Positions 27,346 through 37,579 of a stretch of 64,000 nt of DNA are shown piece after piece (position 1 is the stretch's first letter; the number at the start of each line of letters is the position of its first letter). The DNA lies in the IMG/VR virus record IMGVR_UViG_3300015263_001568, positions 16,100-80,099 of that record. The stretch is one strand, 5' to 3'. The position numbers and the translations under genes are program-made. The stretch comes from a virus. The notes beneath the pieces are model-generated. The model was not told where the DNA came from, made no database searches, and saw nothing but the letters and a program-made list of their open reading frames with translations.

Positions 27346-28281
27346 ATGGGAACAAAAGCATATCGACCACAGAGGGACGACTACGTCCCAGACGGCTCAG
27401 AGGTTCTAGACGACCACCCGCATACGATTGCGCGTGAGCTGCTTCTGCCACGCATCGCAGCGCGGAATAAAAAAGCCGTCAAGACCATCCGAACCGAACT
27501 CTATTACTTCGCTAAAATACGCGCCGGCCGCAGGTGCTCCTGCTTTGAAAGTGAGATCGCTCCGGATTCACTTTGCTCGGCGTGCTTTAGTACCGGCATC
27601 GTCGGAGGCTATTTGAAGTACGGCACCGACCTGTTCACGCTGGACGTCACCCATCCAAATATCCGCTCTGTAAACGTCATTCCCAACCACGAAATCAAGG
27701 AAAAGCCTACGCCGCTTACGCTAGTCGATGGCAGCACATTTGGCTTTGCCGAATTTACCGTGCAGCTGGGAACCAACATTGGGCTGCATGACGCTTTTCT
27801 ATCGATTACAAAGGCACCGGATGGCAGCTCCGTCGATGCTTTTTTGAAAAGTCCTGCGGACCAGACGTACGTCGCTTTCACCAAGCAGAATTTCGACCAA
27901 CGGTTGCTCAACCACACTTTGCAGGTGCGCATCGAATTGCGCCGACCTAACGCTGCTTCTAAGACGCCGCGCTTTTACTGCCTGCATGGTCGCTATCGGC
28001 GCATCAGCGACTTGAAGCTGACGGCGAACGTTCCACGCACTGAGCGCTCGCAATTTCTCGGCGACCACGGTCTGACGGACCAATGGCAGTCGCAGCACTT
28101 TTTCCTCGACAACACCATTAAAAACATCACGACGGAAGACTTCGTCGCCACGCCTGATGGGCAAACGCGATGGAAGATCCACAACGTGAACCCCTTCGAT
28201 CCTGAAAACCAGCTGTTGAGCTGGGATGTCGATACCCGACTCGTGCATCCTTACGAGTCGTACAACTACGTGCCCCTCTAG
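27346..28281 (+). CDS. Putative neck / head-closure protein
   Basis: RRCSC...LCSACFSTGIVGGY motif typical of large-phage neck proteins. Confidence 0.55.
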   Translation: MGTKAYRPQRDDYVPDGSEVLDDHPHTIARELLLPRIAARNKKAVKTIRTELYYFAKIRAGRRCSCFESEIAPDSLCSACFSTGIVGGYLKYGTDLFTLDVTHPNIRSVNVIPNHEIKEKPTPLTLVDGSTFGFAEFTVQLGTNIGLHDAFLSITKAPDGSSVDAFLKSPADQTYVAFTKQNFDQRLLNHTLQVRIELRRPNAASKTPRFYCLHGRYRRISDLKLTANVPRTERSQFLGDHGLTDQWQSQHFFLDNTIKNITTEDFVATPDGQTRWKIHNVNPFDPENQLLSWDVDTRLVHPYESYNYVPL

Positions 28282-28290
28282 GAGACTTTC

Positions 28291-28947
28291 ATGTCGCTGT
28301 ACGAGATCACAAATGTTAGCGACAAGCGCGTCGCTGTCTCTTCACGCGAATATCGGCCTCTGCATTTTAGTCTCGGCCCTGGAGAACGCATCGGTGTCTT
28401 GATCGAGGACCTCAAACGCTGGTCACAGTGGGGCAAGCAGGATCTCGCGGAATACGTACAAAAAGGCTTCTTGCAGATTGAAGCCCGCGATACGGTGCAT
28501 GTCGTTCAGGATAAAGCACACCGCTTGCCACTTTCTACCTCCGGGCGCTCGGGTGCTACAGGCTTGACTACGGCGGTCGATCGTGCGAATCTGTTCAAGG
28601 CTGTGTACAATGCCCACATCCCATCAACGTTGTTTCATAGCGTTGCTGATGGCGTGAATACAATCACGTCTCCGGATGTGGATCCCACAGACACACCAGC
28701 TACGCAGCTCACCGATATGATCACGCTGCTGACAGAAGCACAGCTAGACTACGACGCGCACCGTACACAAGCCGGCGTGCATGTCGTAGATGACACCACC
28801 AATGCTACTGCACTCGTTGCCCCAGTAGACCTAGACACCTGTATTGGCGTGCTTGACGAGCTATATGCGTTGTTCAACTCTCACCTTGCTTGGTTCTACG
28901 ACGCTGCTGCTGCGCCGCTGACGCCGGTAGACATCATCACTCTCTGA
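28291..28947 (+). CDS. Putative virion structural protein
   Basis: 218 aa; AGGAG RBS; internal repeats YNAH / YDAH / FNSH. Confidence 0.55.
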   Translation: MSLYEITNVSDKRVAVSSREYRPLHFSLGPGERIGVLIEDLKRWSQWGKQDLAEYVQKGFLQIEARDTVHVVQDKAHRLPLSTSGRSGATGLTTAVDRANLFKAVYNAHIPSTLFHSVADGVNTITSPDVDPTDTPATQLTDMITLLTEAQLDYDAHRTQAGVHVVDDTTNATALVAPVDLDTCIGVLDELYALFNSHLAWFYDAAAAPLTPVDIITL

Positions 28948-29471
28948 TGCGCGTTCTTGGGATAGACCCCGGAAAAGTCAACTTCGGTTGGGCAATTTAC
29001 GGAAATGATGGATTGGAGCGCCATGGTGTCATCGACGGCGCAGAAGCGCTCGAAGACTTAGCAGCATGGCGCATACGGTTCTCCCGCATCGTAAAGAACT
29101 ACAAGCCAGACGCGCTTTGCGTCGAGCGGTACGCACGGCGCTTTGGCAAAGGCGGTCAGAAGGAAAGCGAGATCATGAACATCATGATCGGTCATGCTTT
29201 GGAAATCTGCCTTTGCCGAAAAATCAGCTGCACGTTGGTTACGGCCAGCACGCACAAAGGCTGGACGGCAAAAAACTTCGACGTGCAGCCTTATCCCAAG
29301 GCTAAGAAAAACGGCAGCGTTGAGAAAAAGTGGGACCTTGGAACGTACGAAGAATGGAAGCACCTTGCGGCAGATTATTCGTACCATGAAGTAGATGCTG
29401 CCAACGTGGCCAAGTATGGTCACGATGTCATTTTTACCAACATAGGAGACGACGATGAAGACGATTCGTGA
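28947..29471 (+). CDS. ruvC: RuvC-like Holliday junction resolvase
   Basis: MRVLGIDPGKVNFGWA, PDALCVE, HEVDAA; TGATG coupling. Confidence 0.85.
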   Translation: MRVLGIDPGKVNFGWAIYGNDGLERHGVIDGAEALEDLAAWRIRFSRIVKNYKPDALCVERYARRFGKGGQKESEIMNIMIGHALEICLCRKISCTLVTASTHKGWTAKNFDVQPYPKAKKNGSVEKKWDLGTYEEWKHLAADYSYHEVDAANVAKYGHDVIFTNIGDDDEDDS

Positions 29472-30132
29472 ACGCGACCTCGCAGAGCACGGGATTCCGA
29501 AAATCATGGTGAAGGGCCGTGTGGTCCCTAGCCAGCTGCCGACGCCAATGAACGTACCCGCCACCACAGAAACGTTGACCGCTGCATTGCAACAGTCTGG
29601 ACAAGCGCGGAACGCTGCGGAGGAGCGTGCAGCCAAGCTGGAAAAAGAGCTGCTCGACGTCAAGTACGAACTCGACAAGCTTGGTGCGGCTGGCATCTCA
29701 AAAGACGTACTGGAAGGCGTAGAGACAGAGCTGCAAGAAGCGCTCGAAGAAGCACGACGGCAGCGAGAGCGCGCCGACCAGCAAGCAGGCGAACTAGATA
29801 ATCTGCACAATAGCGTGCGCGAGCTGAAGTCTAGCCACCGTACCCTGCAAGGAAAGATCACCGATGCCGAGGCAGCGCTTGAAGAGCGAACGCTGCTTAT
29901 GGAAGAGAATGACCAGCTCAAAGCAGAACTCGCGGCGCTGAAGTCTGCGGGCATCGGTCTCATGTCGCCTACCGACGTCAATGAGATCGATGAAGTCAAG
30001 CGCCTCACCCGCACCGACGACAGCCTCATTATCGAAGGCCTGTCAAACGGTGAGGACTTCAAGATCAGCATGAAATACGATTCTTATCGCGCGTTCCGTC
30101 GCATGAAGCCCATCAACGACGAGGCCGCATAA
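29455..30132 (+). CDS. Coiled-coil protein
   Basis: AGGAG RBS; long heptad-rich segment. Confidence 0.7.
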   Translation: MKTIRERDLAEHGIPKIMVKGRVVPSQLPTPMNVPATTETLTAALQQSGQARNAAEERAAKLEKELLDVKYELDKLGAAGISKDVLEGVETELQEALEEARRQRERADQQAGELDNLHNSVRELKSSHRTLQGKITDAEAALEERTLLMEENDQLKAELAALKSAGIGLMSPTDVNEIDEVKRLTRTDDSLIIEGLSNGEDFKISMKYDSYRAFRRMKPINDEAA

Positions 30133-30143
30133 AGGAACGACTG

Positions 30144-30323
30144 ATGGACACACCACAACCACAGCAACCGCAACCTCAATCCCCCACCACGCCGACGCAT
30201 TCTTCCGAGGCGTGCCCGAAGTGTGGCGGCCCCCGCAAGCGACAGCTCTTCCGCACCGGCTCTGTGCAGCATCCTGGGCGCGATGTTGACGTCTGTACCG
30301 CCTGTGGCAAAGTCGTAGAATAG
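30144..30323 (+). CDS. Small zinc-ribbon protein (59 aa, not in ORF track)
   Basis: AAGGA RBS; MDTPQPQQ...CPKCGG...CTACGKVVE. Confidence 0.65.
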   Translation: MDTPQPQQPQPQSPTTPTHSSEACPKCGGPRKRQLFRTGSVQHPGRDVDVCTACGKVVE

Positions 30324-30439
30324 CCACTAGTTAGCGATACTCCTTGACCGGTTCCACAGGCCAGATAAGATAGCTAGTCCAGCACGTCTTGGGCGGCTGT
30401 CCTTCCGGACCTGGCAGGAACCACAAGGAGAGGCCAGAG

Positions 30440-30943
30440 TTGAGCCCGCGTATCGCCATCTCGACTACTGGCTACCCCGTCAAGACGGGTGTGGCAACGG
30501 AGATACAGGTTGGTAGCCTCCGTCACCTTCTACAAGCCGCGGAGAGCCTCGCTGAGCAGCCCTACCGGCTTGTGGCTATCTACCCCTTTGGCCAACCTCG
30601 AAAAGCCGTATACGACGTCCTAGACAGCCTGGAGAAGTCCCTTTGCTCTGCCAAGGTGCTGGTGGTCTGCCGGCACGGCGCGCAGGCCATAGTGCCCGAC
30701 TTCCTTCAGCCGCACCAACGGCTCCGGCGGCCAAACGGGCACATCGATGTCATGGTCCACGTTGACCGTGACTTGGCGTGGGAGCCGCCCACGAATCTTT
30801 CGCTCGACATCCATCCGACGACAGGGCGATTCAGCCGCTGGGCTATTCAACAAGGCTTGGTGCCGATCGTTCTGCGCCGGATAACGTCTGTTCAAAAGTG
30901 CAAGGACCTCTACAACCTTCTAACCGCTGAGGCAGCTCTATGA
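30440..30943 (+). CDS. Hypothetical protein
   Basis: AAGGAG 9 nt before the TTG at 30440; ATGA overlap with nrdJ. Confidence 0.6.
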   Translation: MSPRIAISTTGYPVKTGVATEIQVGSLRHLLQAAESLAEQPYRLVAIYPFGQPRKAVYDVLDSLEKSLCSAKVLVVCRHGAQAIVPDFLQPHQRLRRPNGHIDVMVHVDRDLAWEPPTNLSLDIHPTTGRFSRWAIQQGLVPIVLRRITSVQKCKDLYNLLTAEAAL

Positions 30944-33900
30944 TCCAAGCGACCTATCAACAGCGAATCATGCTCGACCGCTACGCGCAGAAGGACCCGC
31001 ACGCAAAGCCAAAGGAAGGCGACTTGGTCATCGTCAAGATGACGCGCTCTTTTTCTTTGGATGGCGAGGAGATCACATCGCGTGAGCTTGGGCAAATTAC
31101 CGAGGTCACCAATGGCGGCGGACCGGCACGCTACACTGTCGAGCTGGAAAATGAGATCGTAGCCGATCTCGATCGTAGCCGTGTAGAAGTCATCGTTGAA
31201 AAGACACCCGAGGACATCTGGCAGCGCTTGGCCAACGGCATCTGCAAAGCTGAATTTCTATATCTCAGCAATCCTCCGGACAGCCTTGCCTGGCAGCACA
31301 TTCAGTACCAGCTTGATCAAGCCGTGCTCCCGGACCAATGGAAGCCCATCCGGGAATTCCGCGACAAAGTCTATTCGGCGTTGTCACGCAATGAGTTCAT
31401 TCCAGCCGGTAGAATCCAAGTTGGCCTCGGTCGAGAAGACCTCACGCTGACCCTGTTCAACTGCTACGTGCTGCCGCGACCTGAAGATTCTAGGCACGGC
31501 ATCACACGCCGCTGGGGTGAGATGTTCGAGATTTTCGCGCGTGGCGGCGGTATTGGATTTGACGTTAGCAGCATGCGCCCCGCCGGTGCGCCAGTTGCCA
31601 AAGTCAGTGGGCGATCCAGCGGCGCCATCAGTTGGATGGAGCAATGGAGCCAAGTCACCGGAGAAGTGGAGCAGGGCGGCTGCTTTTCTGGCAATACACG
31701 CATTGCCACCACCAAAGGTTTAATCCGCGCAGAGGATCTAGCGAACCGTATTGACGCCGGCGCGCCGCACTGTGTGTATACGCATTCTCGTCCTCCAAGA
31801 CACGTCACGCACGTTTTCCGAAATGGCCAGAAACGATTCTTTCGCGTGACCACCAAACGTGGCTATGAAATCGAAGTCACGGGTGACCACAAGATGGGTG
31901 TGCTCAAAGAAGGGCGCATTGAAACGGTGCCGCTAAAGCACCTTTCTGTTGGCGACAATGTGCTTCTATTGCTTCCAAAATGCCAATTCCCCGAGAAGTC
32001 CGCTGTGGAGTTGTCGGCAATCGACTACGAAAAGCCAAAGATGAGCACCACGCTCAACGAAGACGTGCGCTTTCCAATCACACTAAATGGGAAGCTCGCG
32101 TATGTACTCGGCTACATGTACGGCAACGGTAGCGTCATCATGGGCAAGAAAGTCACATGGTCGTCGCCCAAAGGCATTTCGATGTCCGTGCCAACCAGTC
32201 GAGAAGACATTGCATGCAAACTGCAAGATTATATCCTCGACTGTTTTGGAGTGGTCGCCGAAATGGAGCCAGGCGACGGAGCCTGCGTGAATGTGAAACT
32301 GTACTCGCGCATCGTGGTGGAGTGGCTGAATACGAATGGCCTACTGAAGAAAAAAGCTGCGGATATCCGTGTACCCGAGCAGATATTTCATGCACCGGAA
32401 ACGGTAGTCAGCTCATTCGTTTCCGGCTACTTCGACGCAGATGGATCCGACCGCGGCATCAAAGGAGGCTACGGATTCGACTCTATCAGCAAAGGTATGC
32501 TGCAAGACGTGCAGAAGATTCTAGCCAGCTTTGGCATCGCTGCCAAGCTACGTCCAGAAGACCGGTCTTCTACAGGGTGGAGCACCCTCTACAGACTATC
32601 TGTAACGGGACCCGTATTTAAGGAACGCTTCATGGACTTCGCACGCTGGTCGATGAAGGCACAGCGACATACATCCAGGCGTGACACGAACATGTACCCG
32701 ATGGAAGCCTTCAAATCGTGCCAGGTGGATCCCAAGCTCTATAAAGGCTTGGTAGCAATTTCCTATGACGTGGTCTCGTATGCTGCGGTTAGCCGCGTTT
32801 TGGATCGCGCCGGTGATGAAGGACTGGGTGGGTCTGAACAGGCTGCCAAGATGGACGCACTGCTAAACGTTCTACCGGATGCCATTGATAGCATCGAAGA
32901 CGTCGGCATGATGGACGCTTTTGACTTTGAAGTCGATGAAGTCCACATGCTCAGCGGCGATGGATTCTACACCTCGAATTCCCGAAGAGGCGCTACGCTC
33001 TTTGGTATCGCGCCTTGGCATCCTGATGTCGAGCGCTTCATCGAGGTCAAGTCGGAGCGCAGCGCTTTCCGCATGTCGGGTGACGAGCTGCTTCAAAGCC
33101 TCAACCCCGAGATCATGGAGCAGTTCGGCGCACAGCTTCGTAAAATCTTCGTTGGGAAGGAAGATGCTGCCTCGATCAGCCGCAGCAAAGACCTCATCAA
33201 GAACGCCAATATCAGCGTGCTGTTCACCGAGGCGTTCATGGATGCCGTCGAGCGCGATGACTACTGGGACTTCGTTTTCCCTGACACCTCAGATCCGGAG
33301 TACGACGCCATCTGGCATGGTGACATCGAGGCTTGGCGCGCGTTGGGCAAGCCCGTCATCCACTACGGCACCAAGAAGGCACGTGATCTTTGGTACCGCC
33401 TCATCGACCGTGCGTGGGCGTCGGGAGAGCCAGGTGTCCTTTTTGTCGATAGAATGAACGAAATGAGCAATAGCTGGTACTATGCGCCCATAGAGTGCAC
33501 AAACCCGTGCGTTACCGGTGATTCGCTCATCTACACCAGCCGCGGTCTGATCACGGTGGACGATCTGATGGCGGAGCGCACGCAGCCCCAATATCTTGTC
33601 GACAGCCGCTTCGGCTACGAGCCTACATTTTCTGAAGGCACCAAATTCTGGTGCTCGGGTGAGAAGCCCATCTATCGTCTAGAGACTAAAGAAGGCTACA
33701 CCATCCGCGCCACAGCCGACCACAAGATCATGACGTCGCGCGGGTGGGTGCAACTTGCGAAGTTAAAGGAAGGCGACAAAGTGCACATCGCCAATCGCGG
33801 TGGCGCTTTCGGAAAAGAAGGCACGCTAGAGTTCGGCCGCGTCTTGGGCTGGTTCATTGGCGATGGATATTTCACTGGTGAAAAAGCCATATTGGATTTC

Positions 33901-36900
33901 TACGGAGATAAGCATCAGCTAGCCGACACATTCGTAGGCTACGTGCAAGACTTGGTCGGGCACGACAAGGACTATAATCCACAGTACAACATCACAGGGT
34001 ACACGGTTGAGGCGCGCGATCTGGTAACCATTCAATCCGAACGCCTCTACCAAATGCTGCACGAGTTTGGAATCACGGAAGACACCAAGCTGCGCGTGCC
34101 GAAGATCGTGCAGCGTGGCACCGCTGACATGCAGCGCGGGTTCCTTCAGGCGCTGTTTGATGCGGATGGCTCAGTTCAGGGGTCAAACAAGAATCCTACG
34201 ACAGTCATTCGGCTGACCTCTATCTCGGATGACTTGTTAATCGGTGTACAGCAGCTTTTGTTGAACTTCGGCATCGCTTGCCGCATCTACTGGGAACGCC
34301 GACCTGCCGGCTACCGTAAACTGCCGGATGGCAAGGGGGGCTTGAAGCGCTACTGGTGCCAGGCGTATCACGAGCTAGAAATCTCAAAAGCAAATCTGCA
34401 AGTGTTTGCGGACGAAATCGGGTTCCTCCGTGATGTCCACCAAGGTAAGCTACGAACGCGCCTTGCCGCCTACATCCGACCACCACAGGCCGAAAAGTTC
34501 ACTGCACGCGTGTTCAGAATCGAAAGCGATGGTGTAGAGAAGGTCTACGACGTCACCGTTCACAACACCCACAGCTTCGTAAGTAGTGGAATTTGCTTAG
34601 CAAATTGCGGTGAGCAGAGTTTACCAGCCAACTCGGTTTGTAACTTGGGTCACATCAATTTAGCACAGTTTGTTCGTGCCTCCAGTGAAAATTTCCCAAC
34701 CAGCTCCCGCACCAGCGAAGACGCGCAGCGAGCCTTCAATCTGCCGCACTTTAGGGACGTCGTAGCAACGTGCGTTCGTTTCCTCGACAACGTGATTGAT
34801 GTCGAGAATTTCTTTATCCCTGCCGTCGAAGAACGCCAACGTGCTGAACGCCGTGTTGGCCTTGGCATTCTTGGCTACGGAGAGCTGCTAGTACGTCTTG
34901 GGCTTCGCTATGGATCTGACGAGGCGGTCGACTTCACGCACTGGCTTTTCCAGCAGCTCGCTGAAGCCAGCTATAGAGCGTCTGTTGACTTGGCAAAGGA
35001 CCGTGGTGAATTTCCGCTATTTGATGCTGAGAAGTTCCTCCAGTCTGGCTTCATGAAGGGCATGCCGTCAGAAGTACGCGACGCAATACGCGAGCACGGT
35101 ATTCGCAACGTCACATTGAATACGATCGCGCCAACGGGTTCCGTGGGCACCGCGGTTGGCACCACTACAGGCATCGAACCCTATATTGCCTTGAATTGGC
35201 TAGCCCGTAGTCGCGTTGGTGAAGCAGCGGAAAAAGCCAACGTGATGGAAAAGCTGGAAGAGAAATTCGGTGAGCGTAGCAATTGGCCCGACTACTTCGT
35301 AACCATCGCCAACATCACGCCATCGGAGCACGTCAGAACGCAAGCAGCAGCGCAGCGTTGGATTGATTCCTCCATCTCCAAGTGCGTTACCGGAGATACC
35401 CTGATAGCGACAACGGACGGACTTATCCGTATTGCATCGCTGCACCAAGGGGAAGCGGCCGACAGTTTCAGAGATGCAGAGCTAGAAGTGGCTTCGGTAG
35501 GACCGAATCAGAAAACGTCTGCCTTCTATTACGGCGGACCTAGGACGGTGAAGAAGGTAGTCCTTCATTCTGGTCATACCGTGAAAGGCACGGAAAATCA
35601 TCGACTGCTTGTCGGCACAGTAGACGGTCTGCGTTGGGTAAGGATGGATCAAATACAAGAAGGCGATCTAGTAGCCGCCCGTTATGGCGCGGATATTTGG
35701 TCATCGCAGCCGTCAAAATTTGCTGACTTCTCCCCAAGCCAAAAATATGGAAATCAGAAGTCCGTTAAGCACCCGATTGAGATGACTGAGGACTTGGCCT
35801 GGCTTCTGGGTGCCTACGCGGCCGAGGGCCATACTACACAATCCACTTGGACAATCACCATCACAAACTCAGTAGAGGCGGTGCTACAAAAGGCCGTAGC
35901 TGTCTGGGAATCAGAATTTGGCGTTGCTGCACGCATAACTCGACAGAGCGGGAAATGCCCTGGTGTAGAAGTCGCCTCAAAAGAAATCGTAGAATTCTTT
36001 GACTACCTTGGGTGTGGCCATAGATCGAACGAAAAGCGGATTCCGGAGGTGGTACTACGCTCTCCAAAACCGATGGTTCTAGCATTTCTACAAGGTCTGT
36101 TTTTGGATGCCTACACTACTGATGGCACGCTAACAAAATGGGCCATCTGCCTAAATTCCAATGGCATGTTGGATGACCTACAAGCGATCCTTACCAACTT
36201 GGGTGTTATTCACAGCCGAATCTCCAAGTACAACCCTGACTACGACAAGCATTATGACGAAGTGTACGCCTGTGGATTAGACGCGCAGAAGCTCATGTCC
36301 ATGGTGCCGTTCATGGAACCGGACAAGAAGGCACGCGCGGACGCCATTCTAGCAAAAGACCTTAGTAGCTGTATCAACAAAGCAGACATCGTGCCTGTTG
36401 ACCGCCGTGCTTTGCATGAACTGATTCCACATGGGAAACGGAAAGCCTTCGGCGCTGCGCTACGAAATGTGAATACTACGTTCCCAAGCCGGCATACGAT
36501 TGAACGGTTTGCCGCAGCGTACCCAAACGCGCTACCAGATTACGTGAGAACCATCTTGGACAGCGACCTGCATTTCAGCCCCGTGATGTCGATTGCGGAC
36601 GACGGTGTGCAGGAAGTTTTTGACCTATCCGTTCCTGACAACCATGCTTTTGTAGGAAATGGGATCGTAAACCACAACACGGTCAACCTACCGCAGAGCG
36701 CTACCATAGAGGACGTGAGCGAAGCCTACCTGGAAATGTACCGCCAAGGTTGCAAAGGCGGAACGGTATATCGTGACCGCTCACGCGATCGGCAGGTGCT
36801 CTACACTCTCGATGAACAGCCGGCAATCGTCGAAGAGCTTACCACTGCGGAATTTGAAGAAGCAGCGCCTGAAGGGTGCCTGCGCCCGCGGCTGTCTGTC

Positions 36901-37545
36901 GGCATCGCGCCATTGTTCACGCAAGACACGCCGGTCGGGCATATCCATGTTGCCATTCGGCATCATCCTGACAATCATCAACCGTACGACATTTTCGTCG
37001 TGAGTGGCAAAGGCAACGTCGGCGCTGATGTGCAGGCATTGGCACGATTGATGTCGATGATCATGCGGTGGCCCAACAACGCACGCATCAATCAGACCAC
37101 GCGACTGGAAATGATTCATCATCAGCTGCAAGGGATTGTCGGCCACGGCCAAGTGGGCTTTGGCCCCAATGCTGTCGTCAGCTTGCCCGATGGTATCGCT
37201 CGGTCCATCCGGCGATACCTCGAAGGTGAGTACCCGCAAACTGTACCGGCCGATACACTTGACCCCGCCCTGAAGACTGTTTTGGCTAAGCTGATACAGC
37301 ATCAAGGCAAAGACACCACGCTAGAAGCCATCCTGAGCCTTCTGGAGGCGTCGGCGAGCAACAACAATGGGATGGCCCCAATAGAGCTGACGTCCGCTGA
37401 CGGCGCCTCTGAGGCGCTGCATTGGGACGTGCCGAACGACTTCAGCTTCCCCTACGACATGTGCCCTAGCTGTGGGCGGACGACGCTGCTACGGATACCT
37501 GGTAAGTGCGCAGATTGTAAGGAATGTGGATATTCTGCGTGCTAA
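30940..37545 (+). CDS. nrdJ: Class II (B12-dependent) ribonucleotide reductase with three inteins (~970 aa after splicing)
   Basis: TLFNCYV, QGG|SRRGA, TNP|CGEQ, TIAPTG, SISK|TVN; C-terminal TSCPD-like domain (SLPDGIA) and zinc ribbon; no nrdB seen in the window. Confidence 0.93.
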   Translation: MIQATYQQRIMLDRYAQKDPHAKPKEGDLVIVKMTRSFSLDGEEITSRELGQITEVTNGGGPARYTVELENEIVADLDRSRVEVIVEKTPEDIWQRLANGICKAEFLYLSNPPDSLAWQHIQYQLDQAVLPDQWKPIREFRDKVYSALSRNEFIPAGRIQVGLGREDLTLTLFNCYVLPRPEDSRHGITRRWGEMFEIFARGGGIGFDVSSMRPAGAPVAKVSGRSSGAISWMEQWSQVTGEVEQGGCFSGNTRIATTKGLIRAEDLANRIDAGAPHCVYTHSRPPRHVTHVFRNGQKRFFRVTTKRGYEIEVTGDHKMGVLKEGRIETVPLKHLSVGDNVLLLLPKCQFPEKSAVELSAIDYEKPKMSTTLNEDVRFPITLNGKLAYVLGYMYGNGSVIMGKKVTWSSPKGISMSVPTSREDIACKLQDYILDCFGVVAEMEPGDGACVNVKLYSRIVVEWLNTNGLLKKKAADIRVPEQIFHAPETVVSSFVSGYFDADGSDRGIKGGYGFDSISKGMLQDVQKILASFGIAAKLRPEDRSSTGWSTLYRLSVTGPVFKERFMDFARWSMKAQRHTSRRDTNMYPMEAFKSCQVDPKLYKGLVAISYDVVSYAAVSRVLDRAGDEGLGGSEQAAKMDALLNVLPDAIDSIEDVGMMDAFDFEVDEVHMLSGDGFYTSNSRRGATLFGIAPWHPDVERFIEVKSERSAFRMSGDELLQSLNPEIMEQFGAQLRKIFVGKEDAASISRSKDLIKNANISVLFTEAFMDAVERDDYWDFVFPDTSDPEYDAIWHGDIEAWRALGKPVIHYGTKKARDLWYRLIDRAWASGEPGVLFVDRMNEMSNSWYYAPIECTNPCVTGDSLIYTSRGLITVDDLMAERTQPQYLVDSRFGYEPTFSEGTKFWCSGEKPIYRLETKEGYTIRATADHKIMTSRGWVQLAKLKEGDKVHIANRGGAFGKEGTLEFGRVLGWFIGDGYFTGEKAILDFYGDKHQLADTFVGYVQDLVGHDKDYNPQYNITGYTVEARDLVTIQSERLYQMLHEFGITEDTKLRVPKIVQRGTADMQRGFLQALFDADGSVQGSNKNPTTVIRLTSISDDLLIGVQQLLLNFGIACRIYWERRPAGYRKLPDGKGGLKRYWCQAYHELEISKANLQVFADEIGFLRDVHQGKLRTRLAAYIRPPQAEKFTARVFRIESDGVEKVYDVTVHNTHSFVSSGICLANCGEQSLPANSVCNLGHINLAQFVRASSENFPTSSRTSEDAQRAFNLPHFRDVVATCVRFLDNVIDVENFFIPAVEERQRAERRVGLGILGYGELLVRLGLRYGSDEAVDFTHWLFQQLAEASYRASVDLAKDRGEFPLFDAEKFLQSGFMKGMPSEVRDAIREHGIRNVTLNTIAPTGSVGTAVGTTTGIEPYIALNWLARSRVGEAAEKANVMEKLEEKFGERSNWPDYFVTIANITPSEHVRTQAAAQRWIDSSISKCVTGDTLIATTDGLIRIASLHQGEAADSFRDAELEVASVGPNQKTSAFYYGGPRTVKKVVLHSGHTVKGTENHRLLVGTVDGLRWVRMDQIQEGDLVAARYGADIWSSQPSKFADFSPSQKYGNQKSVKHPIEMTEDLAWLLGAYAAEGHTTQSTWTITITNSVEAVLQKAVAVWESEFGVAARITRQSGKCPGVEVASKEIVEFFDYLGCGHRSNEKRIPEVVLRSPKPMVLAFLQGLFLDAYTTDGTLTKWAICLNSNGMLDDLQAILTNLGVIHSRISKYNPDYDKHYDEVYACGLDAQKLMSMVPFMEPDKKARADAILAKDLSSCINKADIVPVDRRALHELIPHGKRKAFGAALRNVNTTFPSRHTIERFAAAYPNALPDYVRTILDSDLHFSPVMSIADDGVQEVFDLSVPDNHAFVGNGIVNHNTVNLPQSATIEDVSEAYLEMYRQGCKGGTVYRDRSRDRQVLYTLDEQPAIVEELTTAEFEEAAPEGCLRPRLSVGIAPLFTQDTPVGHIHVAIRHHPDNHQPYDIFVVSGKGNVGADVQALARLMSMIMRWPNNARINQTTRLEMIHHQLQGIVGHGQVGFGPNAVVSLPDGIARSIRRYLEGEYPQTVPADTLDPALKTVLAKLIQHQGKDTTLEAILSLLEASASNNNGMAPIELTSADGASEALHWDVPNDFSFPYDMCPSCGRTTLLRIPGKCADCKECGYSAC
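31681..32979 (+). mobile_element. Intein 1 (433 aa, LAGLIDADG-type) at QGG|SRRGA
   Basis: Starts CFSGNTRI, ends FYTSN before Ser; LGYMYGNG and GYFDADG motifs. Confidence 0.92.
33508..34605 (+). mobile_element. Intein 2 (366 aa, LAGLIDADG-type) at TNP|CGE
   Basis: Starts CVTGDSLI, ends ICLAN before the catalytic Cys; LGWFIGDG and ALFDADG motifs. Confidence 0.93.
35383..36678 (+). mobile_element. Intein 3 (432 aa, LAGLIDADG-type) at SISK|TVN
   Basis: Starts CVTGDTLI, ends IVNHN before Thr; LGAYAAEG motif. Confidence 0.93.
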
Positions 37546-37579
37546 GCTAGTCCATTGACTAAGATCATCCACCAAGATC

